Below, one piece after another: positions 37,461 to 51,148 of a stretch of DNA of 64,000 nucleotides; within the stretch, counting starts at the first letter, position 1, and each line of letters opens with the position of its first letter. This stretch comes from Schmidtea polychroa (taxonomy: Eukaryota): assembly GCA_044892525.1 (NCBI GenBank), contig CM097885.1, positions 43,588,001-43,652,000 of the forward strand, in the 5' to 3' direction. The translations under genes and the position numbers were made by a program. The notes under the pieces were generated by a model. It was not told the origin of the DNA. It searched no databases and was given only the letters and a program-made list of their open reading frames with translations.

Positions 37461-38669
37461 GAATTCATTCGATGTCTTCCTTGAAATTAGAATCAAATTA
37501 AACATGTACATATCTATTTTTTAATTTAAATTCGAGATTTAAAAGAAATATGGTTAAAATGGATTGAATTTTAATGATTATTGATAATTGGATTATTTTA
37601 GGAATATTTGTAAGTTGTTTAAATATGAGAGGTTTTAACGAGCGTTTTAAACAAATCTTTAGATATAAGAGAGAAATTTATTCTGCTTAAAATAACGTCT
37701 GAATTTTCGGCTCATTATGGATCTTTACTGAATCTACTCCAGGATTTATAAGCACTTTTGGTTATTCGACAATTAAATTTTCTACAAGATTTTAGAAAGT
37801 TTAGAAACTACAGAAATTTTAATTTTACTTTTTCAGTTGCATTGTAGTCGCAATTAAGGAGAAATTTACTGAAACATAGTCAAGTTTTTTAATAAATACA
37901 ATGTCAATTTCTGCACTGCCTTTTTCAAGTGAATTTGGTATATCAAGTGCCTCAATTTCCGTATCACTGATTTACCGACTAAACATAGTCTCCTTAATTG
38001 CGATTCGAAAGTCAGTGACAACACTGAAAACAAGTGTTAATCGAATCCAAGCAATTTAACACCCTGAGATCTTGTTCCTTATGATTACTTGCGGAAAAGT
38101 ATATGACAATAACACTTTCAAGTTTTTAAAAGATGAAATGAGTTATGTCTACAGTATTTTCATAGGCTGCTTTCTGTAACCCACCAATACTTGTAATTAC
38201 TTATAGAATATTGTGTTATATATTGTGGTAGATTTTAAATATAGCTTTAGTAATTTTGTTATTTAGAGTTTTATAATTTACTACGCTTTGTCAAAATTGA
38301 AATTCTTAAAAAATGAAGCTTCTAATTTTTTTTCAATATTTCTGATGATTGGATGTCGTCCTATTATTCGAATGCCATTTGATATTTTTCAAATGTTCTA
38401 ATTGAGTTCATAATTTACAATTATTTCGTTAATTTTTCTTGGTTCACATGCACAATTGCATATTTGATAAAATTCTACAGTGAAATTATCGAATATTCTA
38501 AAAATTCTTCATCAAATAACGTGATTGTCACTCAAATTCCCGGAGCGTTATTTATGATTTTTTTACTGAAGTTTGTTATTGAAGGTTCTCCTAGTTATAG
38601 CAAACACCCAACAGATATAAAGTTAAAATAAAATTTAATTGAATTATTATAGTTCAATAATGAAATAAA

Positions 38670-39270
38670 AGGTGACCCGACAATTGCGCGCAATAAAAAA
38701 AAGTAAAAAAATACAATTCAAGTCTTCTACTATATTTATTTCAATTGTAACTGTTACTAATAAAATTGAAAAGCCGAATAATGGTAGCCTATATATTTTA
38801 ATGCTAAAGTTGTGTGCGATTCCTCGGAGGTAATCTACTAATAAAATTGTTGTAACCGAAGCCTGCAGGTTTCAATTAAGGTGAACATATTTCAACTTGA
38901 ATGCTTCTAGCCATATGATTCCTAAACGAAACTTTTAAATCTTCAATTCGTAGTGATCTTGTTCTTGATGGAATTGTTCAACCAGTTTATAGACAAACGG
39001 GTGCTGGTAATCAACTGTCTGTTGAAAAGATCAATGCCAGACCTCAACGGAGTTGTTGGTACGCGGTAGGCTGTCAATGACGCGAGCTCGAACATTCCAC
39101 AGTTGTAAAGAAAAACTTGGATTTTCACGTCGGCCTATGTATGAATCTTCCCAGTAGTTAACCCATGGTACCATTAGAGGAGATCAGTCATTTACCAATT
39201 TATCGAGAACAGCAGGAACAAAGCTAAGAGCCAACATCATTTTGACATGCATTCTTAGATTTTTCGTCAG
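38670..39270 (-). mobile_element. MULE (Mutator-like) transposase 3' relic and TIR remnant
   Basis: Minus-strand KMMLALSFVP...YWEDSYIGRR..FSLQLWNV...LPRTNNSVEVWH*SF......HPFVYKLVEQF..EQ...DYLRGIAHNF, with stops and frameshifts. Confidence 0.85.
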
Positions 39271-39460
39271 TCGATATTGAACAGGTACTTGATAACTGAG
39301 ATTTCTTCACAGATTAATTATTTTAAAAATTTCACCAATTATATTTTGCTTAATTTTGTTGGCTTATTGGGTTGGTGATAATATTTGTAAGTTTAATTTC
39401 TTACTCTGACTCCAAGCGTGTCTTTGGCTGATCCACAAATTACACTTGACAACAGTAATC

Positions 39461-40210
39461 TCTATTGATAATGACAAATAATTTTCACTTTACACTGACA
39501 AACAATTCAACACTCCGCTCGGTGACTATACAATGCTTAATACAACACTAACACTTGTGTACAACACCGGATTGAAAGATCACTAACTACTGATTGATTT
39601 ATCGCCTGGGACTTTGAGCTGGTTGTTTTCTTTCACTTTCTTCACAACTTTATTCAAATATTGAAATAACTTCTTTTCGTTTATTTCTAAACTAGTTCGT
39701 TTCCGCAAATCTTTTCCAACAATTATTTTCTTTATCAATATTCTTCACAAATCGTTTTCCAATAACGTTTCGTCCGACTCTGTCTAATTCGTCGACTCGG
39801 TTTTATTTCAATTTTGTCTCACTTTTCTGTCTCCAATTGTGTCTCTCAGTTTCTCTTTATATAGCTTGTTTTGTTTGTGGCACTCGAGATACTCAAATGT
39901 TTTCCACTTTTCTTTCTCCTGCATTTCCCGATTGTTCCCATTTTATCTCTGACAGATGTCGAGATATTTTCCCTTTTGCCTTTCTTGTTAGGCCGCCTTC
40001 TCCTGACAAATCCGCTATCTCCCAGATACGGCTTTTCCTATATTTTGTTTTTCTGGAATTTGAAATTCCTTTTCTTCTTTGTACTAATTAATTAGTACTG
40101 ACCTTTGTTTTAGTTTTCTTGTCTAATTTCTTTTGTTTCATTCCTCTTTCTCATTTCTTTTTACTTCCGTTATCTTTTCCAAGTTTCCATAGATCATCCA
40201 GTTTGTCATA
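39461..40210. repeat. Pyrimidine-skewed interspersed repeat, possibly an LTR remnant
   Basis: 39463-39600 is duplicated almost exactly at ~41640-41780. 39900-40040 is loosely related (shared AAAATATCTCGACA) to the reverse-oriented purine-rich tract at ~12200-12370. Confidence 0.5.
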
Positions 40211-40482
40211 ACGATCTTCCCCCAAGTAATTGTATTTATTGATTATATTATTTATCATTTAGGTATCCTCAACAATTTGTAAACTTTAATTGATGCGCAT
40301 TTGTTACGGCGCCGAAATAAAGGTTCAATAAAATCAATTGTTATACTGTTATTTTCTTAAAATATTATTTAAATGATTATGCACCAATTGAAATTATTAA
40401 ACTAGACCGTATTTGTCCATAGAAATTTATATGAAATTATGGATGAAACATTTGATCATTCTTTAAAAATCATTTAATTTAC

Positions 40483-40673
40483 CTGTAATCCACTATCTCC
40501 ACTGATTCTATTTTGTTGATTATAAACATTTGAATGAGGACAGTCGATATCCACATTTTTATTTGGGGAATAAACATCCGAATTCATACCAATAATGTGG
40601 CCGCCATGACTAGATGATCGTTGGTGATGTTTGCTCGGAGATAATTTAGCCTCATCCACAGACGTCGAATATA
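40483..40673 (-). CDS. IQSEC: IQSEC/BRAG low-complexity C-terminal exon (either spliced at 40483 or read through to the stop at 40474-40476)
   Basis: Follows a 73-nt intron. TTTTCAG| acceptor in phase, Ser/His-rich frame ending SGDSGLQ|GTAAAT. No downstream exon was confidently found. Confidence 0.7.
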
Positions 40674-40746
40674 CTGAAAAGAAAATCAACAAAGATCAGC
40701 AAGAAAATTGATATTCACAAAATCGGCTTATATAAAAAAGAAATAC

Positions 40747-41049
40747 CAAAATTTGATAAATCTTTTCTTCTAACAACTTCTTGTGAATTTCGACCGGGAA
40801 AATTTACATATTCATCTTTATATCCTATTGGAAATAAAGACGAATCTCGAGAAACTTCAATACCTGGTGAAACGTTGGATCTTTGTTGTTTAATTAATTC
40901 CTCCTCAATTCGATGTCTATCCATTTCGGTAACTTCTGAAACTGTTTCAATTAGATCTTCAACAAATTTCTTGCGATCTGATGCTGTTCTGGTATTAAAT
41001 GTGGCTAATATTTCATCATCACGTCTCAACTGAATTCCGAATGGATAAT
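40747..41049 (-). CDS. IQSEC: IQSEC/BRAG PH C-terminus and coiled-coil exon
   Basis: Reads YYPFGIQL...FNTRTASDRKKFVEDLIETVSEVTEMDRHRIEEEL, matching the BRAG pattern DR.KF..DL.E...EV.EM...RIE.EL. Canonical splice sites. Confidence 0.93.
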
Positions 41050-41097
41050 CTGGAATAATTAAATAAATCATAAATAATATAGCCATTAATACACGCA

Positions 41098-41457
41098 CAG
41101 GGCGGCTCAAGAAATTTTGTCCAAGCCTAGCGCCCGAGGCGAATTTTTATGAAGCACCTACCTTAAAGAATGCCAACTGAAACATTATATTTTAATAATT
41201 TAAATTTCTTAATTCAACGAGTAGGTATTTCATAATAAATTTTGTATTGAGTGAAATAAAAAATTTATCCATTTCAAAATATAATAATATATGCAGTTTC
41301 AAAATACATAAATAATATAGGAGTGACAATTGTGAAAGAGAAAAATTAAAGATATCATAATAAATAATTTTTTTTATATATTCGAGAAATAATTTAGAAA
41401 AATATTTTTGCGTCCTAGGCGGCTGCCTAATTCGCCTATATGGTAGAGCCGTCCCTG
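41098..41457. mobile_element. hAT (Tip100-type) MITE in an IQSEC intron
   Basis: CAGGGCGGCTC ... GAGCCGTCCCTG termini with GC-rich subtermini. Inserted in a CA-rich site; TSD degenerate. Confidence 0.7.
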
Positions 41458-42244
41458 CACAGACACACACACACACACATGTCAGCCATTCACAAAATGA
41501 AATATTTCGACCTAAAATACGTTCTGAACACTCCAGTATAAAAATTAAAAAATCTTTCGCTTCCTTTCTGAATGAATTTCCTTTGTCACATCCTGTGAAA
41601 AATGAATGTGAATTGTGGTTTTTATAGTTTGTTACTCTTTATTGATAATGACAAATAATTTTCACTTTACACTGACAAACAATTCAACACTCCGCTCGGT
41701 GACTATACAATGCTTAATACAACACTAGCACTTGTGTACAACACCGGATTGAAAGATCACTAACTACTGATTGGTTTATCGTCTCTCTCTATATTTTACT
41801 CTCTCTATATTAACTTTGCTGATGTATATTTGTATGTGCCACGGATTGAGCTGAAATTTGGCAGGTAGATTCGTTATCGAGAACACTGCATGCTTTCGAA
41901 GTTTCATATCGATCCGATCACGGAAAGTGGGATGATTTAAAAAATATTGATTTGTCGAATCTAGTGTTATTTCCTTATTTCAAAATAAATTCTTATCTAT
42001 TCATTAACTTCGGATTAAAGTAGTCTAGGATATTTTATAATAAAACTTCAAAGGGCTAAAAACCTTAGACTTTTTCAAACCTTATAATATGTATATCAAA
42101 AAAAAGGTATACTCTGAGTTTATCGGACAAGACATTTTCTCCCTTTATGGGTACTGCTAATAAGGGTACTGGTTACACTCAACAACTCAAAAATATTATT
42201 ATTATTATTAATTATAACAATCGCAAGATAATGGCATCGATTTA

Positions 42245-43183
42245 AATCTAACGAAAAGCACCAAATCCAATATATATATTTTACTACAATATATTTCGAC
42301 AGAATCACTGTCATCTTCGGGTAGAATTGAAATCAAACTAAATCAATATAAATCGCTCTTTTTTAAAAAAACTAATTAACTAATTCATTAATTTTTTAAA
42401 ATTAATTTCGCAAAAAATTTACAAAATTCTGTTTTTTATATTCAAACTTTAAAAATTATAAAATTTTTAAAATTTTTAAAACTTTTAAAACTCACAAAAG
42501 TTGAAATCAAACAAGATTCTAATAAATTTTCGACAAAATTGTGTTTACTAATATTAATCAATTGCTTCAGTCGATAGTGATCAGGAACTTGAAAACGGAG
42601 ATGACGGACAGTCTGACAACTGAAATCCACTAATAAACACGAAATTTAAAAAACAGGAATTAGATACCACCTTCCAACGTTGAAATGTAAGCCTATATAA
42701 GCTGATATAAATCAATTCCCTCAGTCGACAGTTATCCAAAACTTGAGAACGGAGATGACGGGCAGTCATTCCAATGTATGTGGCATTGCACCCATGACAT
42801 ATATATTCAAAACCAAGATCTGAACACCATCTAATCAAGAACTGAAATAGACCAACTTCACAATTTGTACCATACATATCCAATCCAATCACTGATAGTT
42901 TTTCTTTCATTAATTTTCTACATCTCTTCATCAATTCCAAAATGCTTCTATTGAGTATCGGAAAAAACAAAGAGTAATTTTCAAATTTATTATTTTAAAA
43001 CTTTTATAATTTTTAAAGTTTGAATATAAAAAACAGAATTTTGTAAAATTTTTAGCGAAATTAATTTTAAAAAATTAATGAATTAGTTAATTAGTATGTT
43101 TAAAAACAGAGCAATTTATATTGATTTAGTTTGATTTCAATTCTACCCGAAGATGACAGTGGTTCTGTCGAAATATATTGTAG

Positions 43184-43265
<82 letters not shown>

Positions 43266-43282
43266 GTGCTTTTCGTTAGATT
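42245..43282 (-). mobile_element. Penelope GIY-YIG relic bracketed by a ~240-bp inverted repeat
   Basis: 42245-~42480 is the reverse complement of ~42993-43282, with a (TA)n expansion in the right copy. The interior minus strand reads EYICHGCNATYIGMTARHLRSQV..., and this segment is tandemly duplicated. Confidence 0.75.
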
Positions 43283-43722
43283 ATTATTACTATTATTTTT
43301 TTTCGAGGTCATTGATGACTCATTCAAGATCAAATATATAGACAGCCTGGAGTTCCTGCCTGCTATTGCCCACAACCTTCATTTTTGAAGTAGTAAAATC
43401 TGATTAACATTTATTTTTTAGTCTGTTATTTTAAATTTTATATTCTGCTGAACAAATTTTTGTGTCGACTGACAGGGGTGAAAAGGTATGGGGGGAAATA
43501 TCCAGAAAAAAATATCCTGTTCCCAGATTAAAGAGATAACGTAATTATATCTAAAATAGAGTGAAATATAGAGCTTCAAAAACTAAGTTTTTTGGTTGAT
43601 TTTTATTTTTAATGTTAAATTGCAAATAACTATAATTTTTTTTTAAATAATTTTCTAAATTTGCTAAATTTTAGTTATTTGCCAAATTCCAGCTTTCACT
43701 GTTTTAGATAAAACTTAAAATA

Positions 43723-43795
<73 letters not shown>

Positions 43796-44015
43796 TGAAA
43801 ATTAAAATAACTTGTCGATAAAGGAATTATTTATAAAAATAGAATTCATCTTATAAGATGTGAGAAGAGAGATTCAACCAGAGAGAAATAGCTTACATAG
43901 TTTTGTCTCGAAAACATTTTATTTATTTCTTTTCAAAATGTCAATTTCGTTTAAAATAATAGACAAATAATTATGTAAATTAAAATTATTTAAAATAATA
44001 ATTTAAAGATCTTAC

Positions 44016-44193
44016 AAATTGTTTCAAATAAATAAATTTCGACTTTTCCAAGTGAAATTGTATTTCTGCACTGATACATGACACCGTCCTTTTTGCGTTT
44101 TTGAACTCCTTTAGTAATAACCAAGAGATCGTTAAAAAGAAATACTTCTCGTTGATGAGCACCGATTCGATCCTTTTTATAACAATCGATCAC
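44016..44193 (-). CDS. IQSEC: IQSEC/BRAG PH-domain exon
   Basis: Reads VIDCYKKDRIGAHQREVFLFNDLLVITK..., the HQRE(I/V)FLFNDLL motif. CATAG| acceptor and GTAAG donor. Confidence 0.95.
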
Positions 44194-45415
44194 CTATGAT
44201 ATAATAAAAAATGACATTGAAAATATTTAATATATTAAATGAAAAATGTAATTGCCATACTAAAAGTTGAGGAAAATTATACACGTTAATCTGTACTTAA
44301 TTTAAAATTTTATAATAACTACTGAACACCGAAAATCAAATATCATTAATTAGCAAGTCTACTAAAAAATCTTAATTGTTTTATTGATAATAATAACTGA
44401 AATAATTTATAACAGAAAACCAAATATATTAAAGCAAATACCCTGAATATTCTATATATTCAAGAAGGAAGTAATTGTAACGATTTGGATAACCAAAAAT
44501 AAATTTAAAATGAAATGCTCTAATAAATGTTCTTCGAGTAAGGAATTGTTGATATTTGATGTCCAGTATTCCCGTAATGCTAATTTCTAATTTATTTTAT
44601 GCGTTTCATCATTTTTGAACATAATTATTCTCAATTTTTGTTATAGTTTAGGATCAAATCGCTTTTTAATAGGTATCATTTTTTAACTAACAATTTATCA
44701 TTTTTCATTAATTACTGGTTTTAACTTATCGAATTTCAAATAATTTTTTTTGACATTTTGATTCTAATTCTATTAAAGTTTTAAATTTAAAAATGAAGAA
44801 ATAATCTTAACTACAAACCGGAAAATCATTTATCTGAAGCAGAAAAATCTCTTGGAAGCTCAACTTCGGAATCAAGAAATTTGCAGTTTATTCATGCTGG
44901 AATTTCGAAGTCCAAGCAACTATTTTCAGGTCTCTTCTTTGTTTTTTCAGCAAGTTGAGTTAATAAAGTTTTGAAGCGATTAGACATATTTGATATTATA
45001 CACAGCGTATCTATCATTGATACCAACGCAATGATGATGTAGGAAGTTCAGTAGATAGCTGACATTAAAAAGAATCTCAACTATATTGCTGCTGGAATGT
45101 AGAAAGCAACAATTTTTTCCATAGACCTTTTTTAGTTAGATAAATGGTCATTGCAATAAATTTTTGACACCTATAATAATTCTGCAAATGTTTCGCGTAA
45201 ACGAAAGTTTTCCTAAGTAGATAAAAATATTGAAATGGTTTACAATGCAGGACTGCAATAAATTGTATAGTTTAGTTTGTTAAATATGTTTATAATTCTA
45301 AAATTAGAGAATTTTATAAATAGAAGAATCTAAATACCGGTATAGTAAAGCTATTAGAAAATTAAATTTAAAAAATATCAAAATTAAAAATAATAGAAAA
45401 CATTGTGGAACAAAC

Positions 45416-45600
45416 CTCAAATAATCTACAGTAACACACCAACCGCCTGTGAGGTTGAATAAGGTTTCTTGGACGTAAATGTCCACTGAAATGCTGATCA
45501 ATCTTACGCACTTGATCTGTATGATCAGAGAACGTTTTCATTTCAGCTGCCTTAATTCTGTCATAGATAGCCGTAAGTATATTTGGATTAATATCTTGAC
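45416..45600 (-). CDS. IQSEC: IQSEC/BRAG Sec7-PH linker exon
   Basis: Reads GQDINPNILTAIYDRIK...DHTDQVRKI...PHRRLVCYCRLFE. HRRLVCYCRL is characteristic of IQSEC/BRAG. Canonical AG/GT sites. Confidence 0.94.
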
Positions 45601-47379
45601 CTATCAATATTGCATAATGTTATATATATTTAATTAATAAGTGTATATTTATTTTTGAATCAATTTCCATATAAAAATATGAACCAATCAAGTTTTACTC
45701 CACAGCGGGTCAAAACCTGTTTGAAATGAAAATAAAAAACATTAAAAACTTGTTATTTTTGGAATATGTACTTTATAATTATACATCGGTTGCTGAACTA
45801 GTAACTAAATACAGAAATCTCACAATTCTCAAAGTCAGTACTTGAACATTGCTTTAATAAAAAATTAACTGCATTTAATTGTAAAATTATGAAAATTTTC
45901 CTTTTTCTAAAGACGTTTTATGAAACTGACTGTAAAATATTTAGTGCAATTCAATATGAATTTACAAAACGTGTCAGAAATATTATAAATAAGTATTACA
46001 TAATCAACATTCAAGCCTTTGATAATATATCTTTCGAGATTTCAAGCATAATTCAAATGCAATCGCAATTTTATTAGGAAAGTATTTCGCTTATGTTTTA
46101 TAAATTTTTAATTTCTGCATTTATTATTGTAAAATTTAATAAGCATGAAAAATTACAAAGAAAATGGCATGACATTTGACGTAACAATGAATTTGTGTAT
46201 TACTCACAAATTATGATTCATATTTTTTGCAATTACAATTACTAGAGATAATTATTTCTATAATTTTCAATAAAACAATATTATTGGTCAAAATAATTTT
46301 ATGATTATAAATAATTAATTCACAGGGCTATAAACACAAATAGTAATATTAAAATAGATATGAATTTTTTCCTCCAAAGAATGAGAATTGTTTTATTAAA
46401 ATTTAAAATGTTGTAAATTCAATTATTTCAAATGTCAAATACTACAACTCTTATATAAACTATTTCTTTTCATCTTCCTCAATTGTTTTCCCTCTTATTT
46501 TTCTTTCACCATATATTTTTAATAACGTAAATTAATTATACTTTTACAAGAATCCGCTCATTATTAGGAATTAAATTTTTAAAACATGACTTAATCACTT
46601 TCCATATCAAATGTTTTTAATTTTCGGATAATATACTGATTAAAATTAATTTCTAATGGCAGAATAGTTTTAAGCTATTTGTCTATTATCGATATCACGT
46701 GAGAATTTCAATCCAATCCGGAAGTGAACTCAATCACTTTGCAATCAGACATAGAATCAGATCGCTATACCACCAGACCTCATTCAATATCACAATTGTT
46801 TTACAGTACTGATCAAATGTAAAAAGACATCTTATATCTTACAAATTTGAAATTAGAAACTCTACAGAAAAACACTTTTATTGTTTTATGTACTTTTCAA
46901 GATACCTATCGCTATCTAAAGTCTTTTATACCTTATACAAAACTATGAATCTACACGCTTAACTCTGTAAAAAGAAATTTGTTGAAAGAAAATTGTGTGA
47001 TAATATAATTTTAAAACTTAAACCAGTTAAATATTACTTTTAAAAAATTTTGTAACTTTAAGGAAGAATGTAAAATTAACTTTGAATTTCTTAAGTTTAT
47101 TGAATTTTTTTGGTTCATATTTGTCTACAAAATTTTGTTTCGTATAAAACGCATATTATCTGAGAAATGTAAATTTAATGCAAATCTTTATTGAAGTTTT
47201 TTAGCATTATATTTTGAAGAATTGTTAGTAAGTTTAGTTAAAGTGTCAGGTTTATAAAAATTAAAATCCTCATATTAACATTGTATTATCCGTGTCCATC
47301 ATAATTATTACATTTTGTTCTAGTCACCAATTCGTGGACCGCCAGTGGTCCACGGACCACAAGTTGAGAACATCTGCCA

Positions 47380-47830
47380 TAGTGGATTACAGACCATATA
47401 CTCATTGGTTTCGTTTGATGTATGTAGTTTATTTACTAATGTCCCGTTGAAAAAAACAATCGATTTATGTTGTGAATTATGGAATGAAAATATTAATGCG
47501 CATAATATGTGTGATGGAAGTGCATTTAGAAAGCTTTTAAAGTTTCCAACTTCCAAAGTTAATTTTCTTTTTAATAATGAATGGTATGAACAAATTGATG
47601 GAGTGGCTATGGGTTCGCCCTTAGCATCAACAATGGCGTCAATATTTTTACCATGTTTAGAAAAGAAAATTGCTTCTTTTCAATATGAAAAACCAATTGT
47701 GTATAAAAGGTATGTTGATGTTTTTCTGATATTTAAAAATAAGGAACATGTGAAACCATTTTTGCATTACATGAATGGATTGCATAAGAACATTGTATTC
47801 ACATGTGAAACTGAGAAGAATATCAACGTT
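47380..47830 (+). mobile_element. Penelope-like reverse transcriptase fragment
   Basis: Reads LVSFDVCSLFTNVPL...FLFNNEWYEQIDGVAMGSPLAS.MA.IF..LE...YKRYVD(D lost)...NGLHKNIVFTCETE. A hAT MITE end lies immediately 5' (47320-47377). Confidence 0.9.
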
Positions 47831-47849
47831 TTTCCAAAAAATATTTCCT

Positions 47850-48339
47850 AAATATAAATGACGGAGAATATGATTGGATAAAAATAGCATTTGCCAAATT
47901 ATTGAATTACGATCACGTTACTTGGGAAGATCAAGAAGAATTAATTGGCATTTAAATATGAAAATTTAATTAAAACAGTATTTTAAGAAAAAGATTTTAA
48001 TGGAATTTGGGATAAGACGACAGGAGAAATATTCACTTATAGCAAAAGAAGCTCTGTTAATCGTAATTCCTTTTGCAACTACAAATCTTTCCGAAACAGC
48101 ATTTTATTCGTTATTAGTACTAAAAAACAAACACAGATCTTGTCTTTCAACAACTGCTCTGGAGCAAAACTTGCGACAGTATTTCTGATATTTCGCCGAA
48201 TATTGATAATCTATGCTAAAAAATTTGCAATCACATACGTCACATTAGGTAATCAAATATATGAGAATATATCTTTTGGGGAGCCGTGAATTATTTTCCT
48301 AAATTAGGGAGCTGCAGCATAAAAAGTTTGTGTTGCACT
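47850..48339 (+). mobile_element. hAT (Charlie/Buster) transposase 3' relic with right end
   Basis: Reads EKYSLIAKEALLIVIPFATTNLSETAFYSLLVLKNKHRSCL. Terminal ggggagccgtg...aaaagtttgtgttgcactg. Confidence 0.75.
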
Positions 48340-48901
48340 GGTGTAGATAACACCATGTTTCGTCTTCATTAATAATTTTCTTAGATAAAAAGAAATCTTC
48401 TTTTATTTTAAGGTTACCTTTAATCTGTTTTCTTTTTATGAAAGTATTTCATTTATTTCACTCTTAAAAAAGAACAAATAATTCGTAGAATTAATTTTGA
48501 TCTTATGTCAGGATAGGAGAAATGGATTTCTTCAACTTGATTTATTCAAAAAGGTTTATACGACATTCCTAAAGTTTCACTGGCTAATTTTCTTAATTTA
48601 ACACAAAAGTTAATGGAAATAAGCTGCTCTGTAACTTGGCGCTTGTAAGAATATGATAACCAAAAATATCTAATAATATCTAATATCTTAATAATATTTA
48701 ATCATGAGCATGACATCCAGTAAAAAGTACAGAAAGACAACAGTTAAGCTATCAGTAAATCATTATTATTATTTTACATAATAATGAAGAATATTCACAA
48801 CTGCAAATTTACAATTATTCAAAATATTACATAAAATTTATTAATAATTAATTTAATAATTAAATTAATTAACATTTTTAATGAATAAACTTAAGAATTA
48901 C

Positions 48902-49124
48902 CATCATCGACATTCCTGAGATTATGTATAAATTCTTCTTTTGACATCTTATGTTGCTTTCGAATATTAGGATTATACATATCTGTATGTAGCATAATAA
49001 TAGCATAGGCTAATATCATGATGGTGTCAGGATTTTTACAGATTTGAGGCCAAAATTGCTGATTTTGCTCCATGTAAGAATCTTGAAATTCTTCCATGAT
49101 ACTTTTGATCTTTTGAGATTCTCC
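48902..49124 (-). CDS. IQSEC: IQSEC/BRAG Sec7 exon with the glutamic finger
   Basis: GTCAG|GESQKIKSIMEEF...PDTIMILAYAIIMLHTDMYNPNIRKQHKMSKEEFIHNLRNVDD|GT. P|GESQKI is the catalytic motif and LAYAIIMLHTD is motif 2. Confidence 0.95.
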
Positions 49125-50946
49125 CTGACAGATATGATTAAATTAAATTTAGCAAAGATAGAAAAAATGAAAATAATAAGAAATAATATTTGCCAAATAT
49201 ATAAATAATTAAAAAATAATTATCTGATAAATTTTTTTCGTTTAGTAATTGGTAATTTAAGAAAAATATACAAAATGTTAAACTTTTCACTTTAGTTTTT
49301 AACGTTGATCGAAATTATAATAATTTTGCTTTTAATTTCATCGTAACACTTGATAAAGGCTGTCGAAAACTTGCTATTATCTTTAAAGAATTTGAATGAT
49401 CTATTTTCTAAAATTCACTTTCTCCAAAACAAATCCGGCTTTAATCAATTGAAGCATCAAAAAACTGGTCAATTCCAAATATAAACTAAGAAAATGTATA
49501 AAATATTTTCTTTTTATAATTATAATTAAAATTCCGACTTATTAATTCTTAGTATTTATTCAAAGGTACTGAAAGGTGTCTAATTAAAAATTGTCTGTAA
49601 AGAAAATTTTGACTCATTTTAATATATTAAATAATATCAAAGAAATTTTACAAATTTATTCTTTTAATAAACATCATAAATGTAATTATATGTTTTATTA
49701 CAGTTTGAACTATTTATTCTATATACGAATTCTTAAATTATATTCCAATTAAAAAATGTTTAAAATAAAATTAATTTTCTAATATTTGGAATTATAAAGA
49801 ATCAGAGTCATATAAAGATCGGTTTGGTATGGTCAAAATTGAGGCATCAGAATTTTTGGGAGGATACTTAATGACGATTCACACTTTGTCATTTATATCT
49901 TTTTTCTACTACTGGGATTGTGAATAATAAATTATGAATAAATTCCGTTTTTGTAATATTGTGATTGGAAGTATCGTATTTTCCCACATATATCCCGCGA
50001 GTTATATCCTCGTAATTTCCCTTCTGCCATATATATTTCGAATTTTTCCAATAAATTTAAATTACCGTATATTAATTCCTTATTACTGGTTTTGTTAAAA
50101 TTCACAAGTAACATCCGTTTGTGAGGTATATGCGAGAAAATACGGTTGACTATACAATCATTATTAAAATGTTATCAACATGTCATTCAAATTTAAAGTA
50201 ATTATGGTACAATTAACCCAATTCATCTTGGTTACGGATATAAACGTACAATATTTGCATTCAAAAGTTGTTGCAAATATTATAAATCAAGACAAAAGCA
50301 TAACAAATGTAGTATTTGACTGATGCATAAATATAATAAATAAATTATATTTGAATTATTATTGGCCTCAATTAATAATGATTTAATATATTCACAGAAT
50401 TTCTCAGCTCTGCGATTTGGTATTTTAGACATGATTGTTGAAGACTAATTAATTTAAAATGTAGTGTCTCTCTGAAAACTATAAGATGGTTTGCTGTCTT
50501 AATCAAAAATAATAATAAACTAATTTTGTTTTTCCTCTGCAACAATTTCGCTTTTATTAAATCCTATTACTCAAACATCTAATACTTTACAACACTAAAT
50601 TGTGTACACCGTAAATTCTTATTTTCATTTGTATTCAAACCATAAATTAATATCCTGTTTTATATTTAACATGAATTTCAAACAAAACGTTTATATAAAT
50701 AATTGACAAAGGCTGTATCAAAAATTTGTGCTAATAAAGAATAAAAATGAAGATAAAGGAAATTCAAATTACATCAATTGTGAAAAAGATTTAATTAGAT
50801 ATGTGAGATGTTTAAAAATACTCTAAAGATGTCTATAAATTAATTGTATTAAAAGAAGTATTTTCTAAAGGAAACAATTCTTTTAAAGTAAAAATAATTA
50901 TAAGAACTTTTTTTTTCGTCCAATATCACCTCTGATTATTTTTTCC

Positions 50947-51148
50947 ATTGAATTTATTAAAAAGAGAGTTTGAAGACTATAAATCAGTAATATATTGATG
51001 TTTGTTGATAATCACGAATTTCCGGCACTGCCTTTCTTTTTTTTTGAAATTCAATTGAAAAAGGCAGTCCCGAAAATTCGTGAGTATCAACAAACATCGA
51101 TATATTACTGAATTATAGTCTTCAAACTCTCTTTTTAATAAATTCAAT
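50947..51148. mobile_element. ~200-bp foldback MITE
   Basis: ~85-bp arms pair almost fully (ATTGAATTTATTAAAAAGAGAGTTTGAAGACTATAA ... TTATAGTCTTCAAACTCTCTTTTTAATAAATTCAAT). Related pieces at ~10672-10740 and ~37905-37930. Confidence 0.8.

Noticed and set aside
38110..38180. Candidate terminal IQSEC exon (KAAYENTVDITHFIF*)
   Set aside because: Poor polypyrimidine tract and no homology support.
41820..41940. GCTGAAATTTGG...TTTCATATCGATCCG, a Helitron/Helentron-like internal motif
   Set aside because: Termini are not identifiable and the segment is too short to classify.
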